From: an uncultured Oscillospiraceae bacterium
GTDB lineage: Bacteria; Bacillota; Clostridia; Christensenellales; Aristaeellaceae
Assembly (NCBI GenBank): GCA_964345895.1
Contig: CAYFSQ010000001.1
Coordinates: 6,456 to 70,455, forward strand
DNA length: 64,000 bases
Direction of reading: 5' to 3'
Positions 38,423 to 48,039 of this stretch are shown here, piece after piece; the stretch's first letter is position 1, and each line of letters opens with the position of its first letter. The notes beneath the pieces were generated by a model. It had not been told where the DNA came from and made no database searches. It saw nothing but the letters and a program-made list of their open reading frames with translations. The position numbers and the translations under genes were made by a program.

Positions 38423-38902
38423 TTAGCCCAATACGGAATTAACCATCAGGAAGGAAATTAGCAGCGCGAAAACGGCATAGGTTTCCACCATGACGGCCAT
38501 GGTGATGCCGCGGCCGGACATGTCGGGGCGCTGGCCGGTCATCAGCATGCCGGCAGCAGAGACCTTTGCCTGCTGGATGGCAGAATACCACCCCACCACG
38601 CCGATGGGGAGACATGCGACAAGAAATTTAAGGCCCTGGGTAACGGTCACATCCACCATCTGGCCGCCCAGCACGCCTGTGTTGATCAGCACGATAACGC
38701 CAATCAGGAAGCCGTAGATGCCCTGGGTGGCAGGCAGCAACTGCAATACCAGCAGTTTGCCGGCGACCTCGGGGTTTTCCGTGGCAACGCCTGCGGCGGT
38801 TTCACCGGCCAGGCCGACACCGCGGCTGGAGCCGATACCGCTGAGGATAACCGCCAGAGCGGCACCAAGAAGGGCGAGAATTTGACCAAGCTGAAGTTCC
38901 AT
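38423..38902 (-). CDS. ntpK: V-type ATP synthase subunit K (proteolipid, double hairpin)
   Basis: 159 aa, 4 TM. LQLLPATQGIYGF, AIQQAKVSAAG and AVMVETYAV align with the E. hirae NtpK Na+-site motifs. Confidence 0.9.
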   Translation of the reverse strand: MELQLGQILALLGAALAVILSGIGSSRGVGLAGETAAGVATENPEVAGKLLVLQLLPATQGIYGFLIGVIVLINTGVLGGQMVDVTVTQGLKFLVACLPIGVVGWYSAIQQAKVSAAGMLMTGQRPDMSGRGITMAVMVETYAVFALLISFLMVNSVLG

Positions 38903-38943
38903 ATTTTTTCTCCTCTCAGATAGGGTCTGTTATATAAGGCATC

Positions 38944-40872
38944 TCACTCTGCCGGAGCAGTCTGGATGCTTACATACTTTGTTTTCATGTCCAGCGGACG
39001 GAAGGGCTTGCCGCCGTCCTCGTAGAACTTGCCGAAGAATTCGATGTACTGCAAACGGCAGGAGTGCACATAGGCCCCCAGCGCATTGATGCCCAGGTTG
39101 AACAGGTGGCACACAACAAACAGCACCACGGCAATCACCTTGCCGATGATACCCCCCGACCAGACCATGCCAATCAGGATGTTGAACACCATGCCGATGA
39201 CGCCGGTGGCCAGGCCCATGCCAAATAAGCGCATATAGCTGAGCAAATCGCTGACCCATCCGGTGATACCGTACAGCGCGCCTAAACCACTGAGCAAGCG
39301 TTTGATGGGGTTTTTCTTATCCCGCCCCGTCATCAGCAAGACGATGGCAAAGCCGATGATGGCCATGTACTTTCCGATGGTGGCGGTGGCGGGCAGCACC
39401 ATGAGCCCCAGGCCGACCAGCAGCAGGAACCAGCTGAACTGATCGGATATGGCGGCTACGGGATCGCCCCGTTTAAAGTTCATGTAGGCTGCGACGCCCA
39501 GGCCCGAAAACAAGTGGATGGCGCCAATGGCCAAACAAACCGCCATAACGGGCATGGGATCGTTGACAGCATCCAGGGGGAAGAAACGGCTGAAGCGGGG
39601 CAGGGGATTAAAGCCCAGTACCGTATTGAAGGCCAGGCCCCAAATGATAGTGGATATGCCGCCGAAAATTAACAGGTAGAGCATCTTGGCATTGCGTACC
39701 GGGATTTTCTTCACCTTCACGAAAATAAGCAGGGCCAGGGCCATCATTAGGCCATAGCCTGCGTCGGACAGCATCATGCCAAAGAGGATGACATAGAAAG
39801 GAGACATAACGGCGGTGGGGTCGATGCCCCGGTAGGAGGGCATGGCAAAGCCCTCCACCACCGGCTCAAAGGCGGTGACGAAGGGACCATTCTTCAGCAG
39901 AATGGTGGGCTCTTCATCGTCCTTGGGGTCCTCCAGGGTAACCATGGCAGAGGGAGAGGCTTTTTGTATGCCTTCTTTCAGCTTTTCGGACATTGCTTCG
40001 GGCACCCAGCCCTGCAAAAGGAAGGTCTGCTCCGTTTCGGCAGACTCCAGGATGGCGCTGTGCTTGCGCTCCTCCAGAGAAAGCATATCGTGGAGGATTT
40101 TTAAATCGCCGATGCTGTGGGCCAGCTCCTTGCTTTCTTCCTCCAGTTGGGTGCGCAGGGTGCCAAGGCCGGCTTCCTGATCGTTTAAGGAAGAAAGGTA
40201 TTGTTTAACGTTCTTGCCTTGCAGGGGGGTGAAGTTTTCCTGGGAAAAACCAGCCGTCTCCAGGGCGCTGCGCCCTTCTTCCAAGGCGGAATTGTGGATG
40301 GCTACATACAGGTTGCTGGTGTCAGGGGTCTGCGACACGATGCGTGTCAAGGCAGGCAGGGGTGCCAGGGCTTCCTCCAGCTTGGGCAGGTTCCGGGTGG
40401 GAACATGGCCTGCCATCTGCAACACCGTGCGGCTGGAGGCCAAATCCTGGGCCGAGGGGGTAAAAGCCTCCCAGGGCAGGTATTGATCCCGTGCTGTTTT
40501 GATGCGCGTTTCTGTGGCGCGCATGTCGCCGCTGCGCCGCTCAATCTCTTCCAGACGGGTGATGACTTCTTCCAGTTCTTTACGTCTATTGAGCACCCGC
40601 AGGCTTTCTTCTTCCTGTACCTGGGGGTACTGTTCAAACGCGGGCTTGGGCTGGGTGTCGTATCTGGCAAGCTTATGCAGTGCCCAGCGGACACGTTCCA
40701 GCGCAGCGCTTTGTGTCGCCTGTTCCGCGCTTTCTTTGGCCTTAAAATCAGCGTAATCAGTGGGAAGCTCGGTAACTTCCACGCACTGCATCCGCTGCAT
40801 CAGCCTGATCAGCTTCTCCCTGTCCGAGCGCATGGCCAGCAGGGTCAGCTTTTTCATCTTAACGATGGCCAT
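38944..40872 (-). CDS. ntpI: V-type ATP synthase subunit I
   Basis: 642 aa. Hydrophilic coiled-coil N-half and polytopic C-half. MAIVKMKKLTLLA N-terminus. Confidence 0.9.
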   Translation of the reverse strand: MAIVKMKKLTLLAMRSDREKLIRLMQRMQCVEVTELPTDYADFKAKESAEQATQSAALERVRWALHKLARYDTQPKPAFEQYPQVQEEESLRVLNRRKELEEVITRLEEIERRSGDMRATETRIKTARDQYLPWEAFTPSAQDLASSRTVLQMAGHVPTRNLPKLEEALAPLPALTRIVSQTPDTSNLYVAIHNSALEEGRSALETAGFSQENFTPLQGKNVKQYLSSLNDQEAGLGTLRTQLEEESKELAHSIGDLKILHDMLSLEERKHSAILESAETEQTFLLQGWVPEAMSEKLKEGIQKASPSAMVTLEDPKDDEEPTILLKNGPFVTAFEPVVEGFAMPSYRGIDPTAVMSPFYVILFGMMLSDAGYGLMMALALLIFVKVKKIPVRNAKMLYLLIFGGISTIIWGLAFNTVLGFNPLPRFSRFFPLDAVNDPMPVMAVCLAIGAIHLFSGLGVAAYMNFKRGDPVAAISDQFSWFLLLVGLGLMVLPATATIGKYMAIIGFAIVLLMTGRDKKNPIKRLLSGLGALYGITGWVSDLLSYMRLFGMGLATGVIGMVFNILIGMVWSGGIIGKVIAVVLFVVCHLFNLGINALGAYVHSCRLQYIEFFGKFYEDGGKPFRPLDMKTKYVSIQTAPAE

Positions 40873-41182
40873 CGCTTAATACCCTTTCAACGATGTAGCG
40901 GGCGGCTTCTGGTACGCGGGACAAGGCTTTCTGGTGTGCGCTTTCCCGGGCGGCGGCTAACCCTTGCTGGTTGCCCAGGATGATTTGCTCCACCTGCTTG
41001 CGGCGCTCCTGAAGGGCGTTGTTGTATGTGTCCCGCATTTCCTTGTCAGCGCTGCGCTCGTCTGCGGCAGCGGCTTCCTCGCTGGCCTGCACAATATCAC
41101 GCCCCTTTCGCTGGGCATCCAGGCGCAGCTTTTCCGCTTCCACTTCCGCTTTCCGGATACTGTCCATGATTTCAAAAGCCAT
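40859..41182 (-). CDS. V-type ATPase peripheral-stalk small subunit (G/H-like)
   Basis: Trimmed to ATG 41182 (GGGAGG 6 nt upstream). 107-aa charged helical protein at the head of the operon. Confidence 0.6.
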   Translation of the reverse strand: MAFEIMDSIRKAEVEAEKLRLDAQRKGRDIVQASEEAAAADERSADKEMRDTYNNALQERRKQVEQIILGNQQGLAAARESAHQKALSRVPEAARYIVERVLSDGHR

Positions 41183-41272
41183 CGGCATCCTCCCATCAGG
41201 CGCTTGCTTGAAAACGCTAATATACATAACGATTATGACTTAAACAAAACGATTATACCATCCAATTATTGA

Positions 41273-44200
41273 TTATTCAAGGCTACAATCTGTGTTTTTT
41301 GTCTGCTGGCCGCTCAGCGCTTCCATGGCATCCACCAATTTACGCATGGCCTGTATGCCTTCCCGCAGGGCGACGTTCTCGTCGGCTCGGGGCAGGGATA
41401 AGACCAGGGCAGGCTTTTTACCCCCCACCAAGCTGAAGGGGCTGCCCTCCAGTGCCTTAACCAGAATGTTCAAATCGTCGATGTATTCTTCCTTCAGGCG
41501 CATCGTCAAAAAGCCGCTGCCAAAGGTAACCATGTCACAGCCTGCCTTGCCTGCCAGGGACCGCAGCAGGGCAATATCCATCAGGGTCATCACTTCCTCC
41601 GGGGGTTCACCAAAGCGATCCACCAGGTCATCTACCAACTGGGCCTGGTCCTCATCATCCCGTATCAGGGAGATGCGCTTATAGACTTCCACCCGCTGCG
41701 CCTGGCCGGACACATAGCTTTCCGGCAGGAAGGCGTTGACGTGCAGTTCCACCCGGGTTTCCCTTTCGCTCTGGCGGCTCAGGGTAAAGTCGCCCTGGGC
41801 TTCCCGCACGGCTTCTTCAATCATCTTGCAGTACATGTCATAGCCAATCACGCTGACTTGCCCAGATTGCTCGGGGCCGAATATATTGCCTGCGCCGCGT
41901 ATCTCAAGGTCCCGCATGGCAATGCGGAAGCCGGCGCCAAACTCGGTAAACTCCTTGATGGCAGCCAAGCGCTTTTCAGCGGTTTCCGTCAGCGCCTTGT
42001 CGCCCTTGACCAGAAAATAAGCATAGGCGGCGCGGTTGGAGCGGCCCACCCGTCCCCTCAGTTGGTACAGCTGGCTTAGGCCAAAGCGGTCGGCGTCAAA
42101 CACAATCAAGGTGTTGGCGTTGGGAATGTCGATGCCGTTTTCAATGATGGTGGTGCATAGCAGCACGTTGAATTTGCCGTCGGAAAAGTCCATCATCACA
42201 TCTTCCAGGGCATTGTCCCGCATCTGGCCGTGGGCGATGGCAATGCGCGCCTCGGGAACCAGGTTTCGCAAACGGGCGCCGAAGGCATCAATCTGCTGCA
42301 CCCTGTTATAGAGGAAGAACACCTGGCCACCCCGGTTCAACTCCCGCAGGATGGCATCCCGCACCATGCCGTCGCTGTAGTCTACCACGTAGGATTGTAC
42401 GGGGTAGCGTTCTTCCGGCGGTGTCTCCAGCAGGCTCATATCCCGCACGCCTACCATGCTCATATGCAGCGTACGGGGGATGGGGGTGGCGGACAGCGTC
42501 AGCACATCCACCATGTTCTTCATGTTCTTGATAACCTCTTTATGCCCCACGCCAAAGCGCTGCTCTTCGTCTACGATTAACAGCCCCAGGTCCTTGGGCT
42601 TCACGTCTTTGGATAAAAGGCGGTGGGTGCCAATAAGGATATCCAGCTCGCCCGCTTGAAATTTTCGCAGCAGCTCTTTGTTTTCCCGGGGGCTGCGGAA
42701 GCGGCTGATCATGCCAATGCTGACAGGAAACCCCTCAAAACGCTTGAGGAAGGTGCGGTAATGCTGCTGCACCAAGATGGTGGTGGGGGCCAGCATGGCC
42801 ACCTGTTTTCCCCCCATCACCGCCCGGAAGGCGGCGCGCATGGCCACCTCGGTTTTTCCATAGCCCACATCGCCGCATAACAGGCGGTCCATGTTGATGG
42901 GCTTCTCCATGTCCCTGAGCATATCCTGCACAGCGCGTAGCTGATCGCTTGTCAGCTCAAACTCGAAGTTTTCGTTAAACTGCTGCTCCCAGGGGGAGGC
43001 AGGGGGAAAGGCAAAGCCAGGGGTGGACTGCCGCTGGGCGTAGAGGTTTAACAGGTTAAATGCCAGCTTCTGCAGCGACAGCTTCACCTTGCTCTTTTGT
43101 TTGGCCCAGGTGTTGCCGCTTAAGTCGTTCAGCTGCGGGGCATCCCCCTGGCCGCCGATGTACTTTTGTACCCGGTCGAATTGGTCGGTGGGCACATACA
43201 GCTTGTCCGTGCCCTTGTATTGAATCAGCAGGTAATCCCGCCAGGTGCCCTCGCTCTGCAGGCGCACCGTACCCTGGTATACGCCGATGCCATGGTGTTC
43301 GTGCACCACATAGTCCCCCGTGCTTAGCTCCACAAAGGCGTCTATGCGGGCGCCTGCATGGGTGCTCTGCCGGGTTTTTTTCTGGGTGCGGCCATACAAA
43401 TCGCTGTCCGCGATTAGCATCAGCTGGGCATCCTCCATGATAAAGCCATGGGAAATGCTCAGGGAAAGCAGCTTGGCTTTGCCCCTTTCCAAGGCAGTAT
43501 CCCCCTGGGTGGTTTCGGGCAGGGGGTAGTCAAAGTCGTACAAAGCCTGGCGGATGCGCTCTCCCCGGGCGGAACCGCCCGCTAAAAGTGCAATGGCGTA
43601 GCCTTCCTTCGTATAGGCTTTAATGTCATCGCTCAACTGGCGGAAGCGCCCCCGATACTTGGAAGCGCTGATGCCCTTAAACTGCAAAACGACCTGAGGC
43701 TCTATCCCCGCCATGCCGCGCAGCAGGTCCTGCATGGTGACAATGTCCAGTTCGTTAAACCGCTGCTGCAAGGCTTCCAGGGAAAACAGCAGTTGCGCTT
43801 GCTCAGGCACTGCCTCTTCCCGTACCAGGGCCTGCTGAATGTCCTCATAGAAGCCATTCAACCTGTCCTCGGTGCGGGTCAGCACACGGTCAGGGGTATC
43901 CAGCACCACCAAGGGGTTGTCCAGCCAGCTTTCCAGCGGCACAGTATCATCGGATAGCAGGGGCTGCCACAGGTGGAGGGTGGGGAATGTGCCGCTCTCT
44001 TTAAGCCGCTCTGTATCCCGCAGCATGCGGTGGTAACCGGTGTTCAGGCCTACCTGGGAAGGGGGTTCTGCCTCCTCCTCATCCAAGGTATGCTGGGTCA
44101 GCAGGGCAGGGCGCTTTTGCATGGCGCTTTGGATAAGGGCTTCCATGTGTTCCGCGGCTTTTTCCCGCTGTTTTTTGGGTAAAAGATACTCTGCCGCCGC

Positions 44201-44863
44201 CGTCAGGGTGCAGGAAGGGATCCTGCCTTCGCTGCGCTGGGTAACAGGGTCAAAGGGGCGGATGGAATCCACATCGGTGTCAAAAAACTCGATGCGATAG
44301 CCTGTGCTGCTTTGGGGCGGATAGACATCCAGGATGTCGCCCCGCAAGGCGCACTGTCCCTTGCCTTCCACCATGTCCACCCGCTCGTAGCCCCAGGAAA
44401 CCAGCTTCAATGCCAGGGCTTGTATGTCCTGCTGATCACCGGTTTTGATGTTCAGGGTGCGCTGTCTGGAGATGGCGGGGGAGGGAAAGCGCTGCAACAG
44501 CGCTTCTGCGGGGGCGCAGAGCACCTTCATATCTCCATCCTGTGCCTTGTGCAGCGTCATCATGCGCTGCCACTGGCTGTCCCGGCTGGCGGTGCCTTGC
44601 ACAAACTGCATTTCGCTGTGGGGCAAGGTGGCGGCCTGCCCTCCTGTAAACGCAAAGCAATCATCCCCTGCCCGCTGGGCCGCCTGCACAGAGGGCAAAA
44701 TGTAGAGTACGGGGCGCTTTAAGGCATCAGCGAGGGCACAGGCAAAAAACGCGCGCTGTGACTCGGGCATGTCATAGAGCGCGATGGTTTGCTTGCTGTG
44801 AATGGCTTCCAAGGCTTTTTGCCAGTTTGTATCGTCCCTTAAGGGGTTAAACAGTGGGTTCAT
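41273..44863 (-). CDS. mfd: Transcription-repair coupling factor
   Basis: 1196 aa. UvrB-homology N-region, CarD-like domain (GDYVVHEHHGIG), SF2 helicase motifs (CGDVGYGKTEVA, DEEQRFGV) and TRCF C-domain. Confidence 0.95.
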   Translation of the reverse strand: MNPLFNPLRDDTNWQKALEAIHSKQTIALYDMPESQRAFFACALADALKRPVLYILPSVQAAQRAGDDCFAFTGGQAATLPHSEMQFVQGTASRDSQWQRMMTLHKAQDGDMKVLCAPAEALLQRFPSPAISRQRTLNIKTGDQQDIQALALKLVSWGYERVDMVEGKGQCALRGDILDVYPPQSSTGYRIEFFDTDVDSIRPFDPVTQRSEGRIPSCTLTAAAEYLLPKKQREKAAEHMEALIQSAMQKRPALLTQHTLDEEEAEPPSQVGLNTGYHRMLRDTERLKESGTFPTLHLWQPLLSDDTVPLESWLDNPLVVLDTPDRVLTRTEDRLNGFYEDIQQALVREEAVPEQAQLLFSLEALQQRFNELDIVTMQDLLRGMAGIEPQVVLQFKGISASKYRGRFRQLSDDIKAYTKEGYAIALLAGGSARGERIRQALYDFDYPLPETTQGDTALERGKAKLLSLSISHGFIMEDAQLMLIADSDLYGRTQKKTRQSTHAGARIDAFVELSTGDYVVHEHHGIGVYQGTVRLQSEGTWRDYLLIQYKGTDKLYVPTDQFDRVQKYIGGQGDAPQLNDLSGNTWAKQKSKVKLSLQKLAFNLLNLYAQRQSTPGFAFPPASPWEQQFNENFEFELTSDQLRAVQDMLRDMEKPINMDRLLCGDVGYGKTEVAMRAAFRAVMGGKQVAMLAPTTILVQQHYRTFLKRFEGFPVSIGMISRFRSPRENKELLRKFQAGELDILIGTHRLLSKDVKPKDLGLLIVDEEQRFGVGHKEVIKNMKNMVDVLTLSATPIPRTLHMSMVGVRDMSLLETPPEERYPVQSYVVDYSDGMVRDAILRELNRGGQVFFLYNRVQQIDAFGARLRNLVPEARIAIAHGQMRDNALEDVMMDFSDGKFNVLLCTTIIENGIDIPNANTLIVFDADRFGLSQLYQLRGRVGRSNRAAYAYFLVKGDKALTETAEKRLAAIKEFTEFGAGFRIAMRDLEIRGAGNIFGPEQSGQVSVIGYDMYCKMIEEAVREAQGDFTLSRQSERETRVELHVNAFLPESYVSGQAQRVEVYKRISLIRDDEDQAQLVDDLVDRFGEPPEEVMTLMDIALLRSLAGKAGCDMVTFGSGFLTMRLKEEYIDDLNILVKALEGSPFSLVGGKKPALVLSLPRADENVALREGIQAMRKLVDAMEALSGQQTKNTDCSLE

Positions 44864-45434
44864 CTTGCTTCTTTCCGTTGTACTTGTTCATGGCGGCGGT
44901 GATGCCCTCCTTGATAAAGAACAATGCTGCCTCTGCCGCCAAATCCACCGCTTTTTGCAAAGCTTCAGCATCCTTTGTGCCGGTGTAGCGGGACAGCACC
45001 CAGTCTGCTAAATCCCATGCTGGGGGCGGCGCACCGACGCCAACCCGAATCCTGGGGAAGCGGTCGGAGCCCGTTTGCTGGAGGATGCTTTTCCACCCAT
45101 TGTGGGTGCCTGCGCCGCCATGGGGGCGCAGGCGCAGGGTGCCTGGCGGCAAATCTATATCATCAGAAATGACCAAAACATCCTTGGGCTCCAGGTGGTA
45201 CCAGCGCATCAACTGCTGCAGGGCAACGCCGCTTTCGTTCATGTAGGTCTGGGGCTTTACCAGGGCGATCTTTTGCCCCCCATACTGCCCCTCGGCCACC
45301 ATGGCCTGCATCTTTTTGCGGGCAGCGTGGATATTGCACAGGTCTGCAATCCTGTCCACGGCATCAAAGCCCACGTTGTGGCGGGTGTTAATGTAGGGCT
45401 GCCCAGGGTTGCCAAGGCCAACGATCAGAATCAT
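44847..45434 (-). CDS. pth: Peptidyl-tRNA hydrolase
   Basis: Trimmed to ATG 45434 (ATGA overlap with the purR stop). MILIVGLGNPG...TRHNVGF. Confidence 0.9.
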   Translation of the reverse strand: MILIVGLGNPGQPYINTRHNVGFDAVDRIADLCNIHAARKKMQAMVAEGQYGGQKIALVKPQTYMNESGVALQQLMRWYHLEPKDVLVISDDIDLPPGTLRLRPHGGAGTHNGWKSILQQTGSDRFPRIRVGVGAPPPAWDLADWVLSRYTGTKDAEALQKAVDLAAEAALFFIKEGITAAMNKYNGKKQDEPTV

Positions 45435-46261
45435 AGGGCGCTGTCCTTTTCTTCTGTCAGCCATGGCGCAGGGCGCACCAGCAGGCGGTCAGCGCCTGTT
45501 TCGGAAAACAGCATCAGGGACCTGTCGCCGCTGATGTGCCTCTCCGGCGGGTTTTCCTGGGCCAGCATAAAGGCCATGCCCACCACCTCTACATTAAACT
45601 CGGCCATTAACGAAACCATGCCCCGGGCGGTGCCGCCGGCGCGGATAAAGTCGTCCACAATCAGGGCTTTTTGTCCAGGTTTGACAGCCCGGCGGGCCAG
45701 CGCCATGGTTTCGATGCTGCCCCTGCCGGTAACGTAGTTGATGTTCACCGCGCTGCCCTCGTACACCTTGCTGGAGCGGCGGGCGATAATCAGCGGCACG
45801 CCCAGGGCTTCAGCGGTCATTAACGCAAAGGGAATGCCCTTGGTTTCCATGGTCAAAACAAAATCAGCGCCGGCGCCATAGTATTCACCGGCGATGATAG
45901 AACCCATGCGCCGCGCAATATCGGGGGAAGAGAGGATGTCAGACCAATAGAGGTAGCCCCCTGCCAGGACGCGCTGGGGGTCGCACAGCGTCTGGCTGAT
46001 GCTCTCCACCTGTTGGTACGCCTGCTGGCGCGATAGAAGGGGGCGGAACCGCACGCCGCCGGCAGCCCCTGCCAGGGTTTCCACCTGGCCAAGGCCGTGC
46101 TTTTGCAAAGCGCATTCCACAATGGCGATGTCCTCGCTCATGGTGGATTTTGCTGTGCCGAACTTCTCGCAAAACTGCGGCAAGGTGAACAGCTTGTTGG
46201 GGTTATCTGTCAATAGCCGCGTAATGGCGGCAATGCGCTCGGTGCGCTTGGTTTTGTCCAT
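45431..46261 (-). CDS. purR: Pur operon repressor
   Basis: Trimmed to ATG 46261 (GGAGGG 6 nt upstream). N-terminal wHTH (RIAAITRLL) and PRT-fold motif ALIVDDFIRAGGT. Confidence 0.9.
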   Translation of the reverse strand: MDKTKRTERIAAITRLLTDNPNKLFTLPQFCEKFGTAKSTMSEDIAIVECALQKHGLGQVETLAGAAGGVRFRPLLSRQQAYQQVESISQTLCDPQRVLAGGYLYWSDILSSPDIARRMGSIIAGEYYGAGADFVLTMETKGIPFALMTAEALGVPLIIARRSSKVYEGSAVNINYVTGRGSIETMALARRAVKPGQKALIVDDFIRAGGTARGMVSLMAEFNVEVVGMAFMLAQENPPERHISGDRSLMLFSETGADRLLVRPAPWLTEEKDSAL

Positions 46262-46297
46262 GGTCATCCCTCCAAATTCATCTGTATCATACCATAC

Positions 46298-46341
46298 AGA
46301 CACGAATGTTGCACCACGTTTTTTGTTTAATGTTCGTCATT
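46298..46341. promoter_or_regulatory. Candidate PurBox site(s) upstream of purR
   Basis: The reverse complement of 46329-46341, AATGACGAACATT, matches 11 of 13 positions of the B. subtilis PurBox AWWWCCGAACWWT as I recall it. A poor second copy (AGACACGAATGTT, 46298-46310, 7/13) lies 18 nt away in inverted orientation. Confidence 0.3.
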
Positions 46342-46386
46342 GCTGGTTGTCTGCGGAAGCGTTTCCATATAAATGTCGCTTTTTGC

Positions 46387-46415
46387 TTGCAAGCCTTGAC
46401 GGCAGGTGGTATGAT
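46387..46415 (+). promoter_or_regulatory. Candidate tig promoter
   Basis: TTGCAA (46387-92), 17 nt, TGg-TATGAT (46410-15). An alternative -10 TATAAT at 46434-39 has no good -35. Confidence 0.4.
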
Positions 46416-46482
46416 AAAGTGTATTGTTCAGGGTATAATAGCCTGAGCAATGATATGTTTGATTCAAGTAGGAGGAGTTCCC

Positions 46483-48015
46483 ATGGCTTACACCACAGAA
46501 AAGATTTCCGGCAATCAGGTACGGTTCGACTTTACTATCCCTGCGGAGCAGTTTGATGCAGCAATGCAGAAAGCTTACCTGCAGCAGCGCGGGCGCATCA
46601 ATGTGCCGGGTTTCCGCAAGGGCAAGGCCCCCCGTAAACTGATTGAAAACATGTACGGCGAAGAAGTCTTCTATGACGCCGCCTTCGACATCATTTTTCC
46701 CGAAGTCTATTCAGAAGCTGTGGAAAAAGAAAACACCGACGTGGTGGACCAGCCCTCGGTTGATTTAAAGGACATCGGCAGCGGCAAAGACCTTGTCTTT
46801 TCTGCCACCGTGTATGTGTCCCCTGATGTGGAGCTGGGCAAATACAAGGGGCTGAAGGCAACCAAATACGTGCCCCCCGTCACCCAGGAGCAGATTGATG
46901 CCCGCATCCAGCAGGATGTGCGCAAGGTGACAACCACCCAGGATGTAACAGATCGCGCCGTAGAAGAAAACGACACCGTCAACCTTGACTATTCCGGTTC
47001 TGTGGATGGCGTTCAATTCCAGGGCGGCACCGCTGACCACCAGCAGCTGAAGATTGGCTCCGGCTCCTTCATCCCTGGCTTTGAGGAGCAGATGGTGGGC
47101 ATGCAGATTGGCGAAGAAAAGGACATTCCCGTCACCTTCCCCACGGAGTACCATGCCGAGGAATTGGCCGGCAAGGAAGCGGTTTTCCATGTAAAGGTAA
47201 ACAGCATCCAGGAAGAAGTTGTCCCCGAACTGGACGACGACTTTGCCCAGGACGTGTCTGAACACCAGACCTATAAAGAATACCTGGAAGCCATCCGCAA
47301 GGAACTGGAAGATGATGTCGAAAAGAACGCCGAAGTAACGGTGGAAAACAGCCTCATCCAGCAGGCAGTTGACGCCTCTGACTGCGATATCCCTGCCGCC
47401 ATGGTGGAGCGGGAAATCGACGCCCAGGTGCGCAACATGCAGATGCGCATGGCGTACCAAGGCCTGCGTTACGAAGACTACCTTAAGTACACCGGCATGA
47501 CGGAAGAAGCCTTCCGCGACATGTACCGGGCAGACTCTGCCAACAATGTCAAGACGCAGTTGGTTATTGACGCCATCCGCAAACAGGAAAAGGTGGAGGT
47601 CAGCGAGGACGAGGTCAACGCCGAGGTTGATAAGCGTGCCGAGGAAATGGGCCGCGACAAGGAAGAGTACCGCGCCTCCCTGAGCGAAACCCAGAAGGAA
47701 AACTTCCAGGACATCGCCGCCATCCGCAAGGTGATTGACATCCTGAAAAACGAAGCCAAGGTGGACGTGAAGAACGAGGAACCCGGCAGCCTTGATGCCG
47801 AGGAAATCCTTGCCGAAACAGAAAAGGCAGTCGAAAAGGCCGAGAAGAAACCGGCCAAGAAGCCCGCCCGCAAGACCACCAAGAAAGCGGAAGAACCCAA
47901 GGAAGAAGAACCCAAGAAAGAAGAATCCAAAGAAGAAAAGTCCGAGGAGAAGGCGGAAGCACCTGCCAAACCCAAGGCGAAAAGAACCAAAAAGGCGGAG
48001 GAGCCTAAAGAATAA
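46483..48015 (+). CDS. tig: Trigger factor with extended Lys/Glu/Pro-rich C-terminal tail
   Basis: Trimmed to ATG 46483 (AGGAGG upstream). GFRKGKAP ribosome-binding motif, FKBP PPIase domain and C-terminal arm. About 85 extra low-complexity residues at the end. Confidence 0.95.
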   Translation: MAYTTEKISGNQVRFDFTIPAEQFDAAMQKAYLQQRGRINVPGFRKGKAPRKLIENMYGEEVFYDAAFDIIFPEVYSEAVEKENTDVVDQPSVDLKDIGSGKDLVFSATVYVSPDVELGKYKGLKATKYVPPVTQEQIDARIQQDVRKVTTTQDVTDRAVEENDTVNLDYSGSVDGVQFQGGTADHQQLKIGSGSFIPGFEEQMVGMQIGEEKDIPVTFPTEYHAEELAGKEAVFHVKVNSIQEEVVPELDDDFAQDVSEHQTYKEYLEAIRKELEDDVEKNAEVTVENSLIQQAVDASDCDIPAAMVEREIDAQVRNMQMRMAYQGLRYEDYLKYTGMTEEAFRDMYRADSANNVKTQLVIDAIRKQEKVEVSEDEVNAEVDKRAEEMGRDKEEYRASLSETQKENFQDIAAIRKVIDILKNEAKVDVKNEEPGSLDAEEILAETEKAVEKAEKKPAKKPARKTTKKAEEPKEEEPKKEESKEEKSEEKAEAPAKPKAKRTKKAEEPKE

Positions 48016-48039
48016 ACCCTCCGCGTGGAAGGAGACAAC

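Noticed and set aside
47800-48015. AAG/GAA-rich repetitive DNA at the 3' end of tig as a non-coding tandem repeat.
   Set aside because: It stays in the tig reading frame up to a clean TAA followed by the clpP SD. It is therefore treated as a coding low-complexity tail rather than a separate repeat feature.
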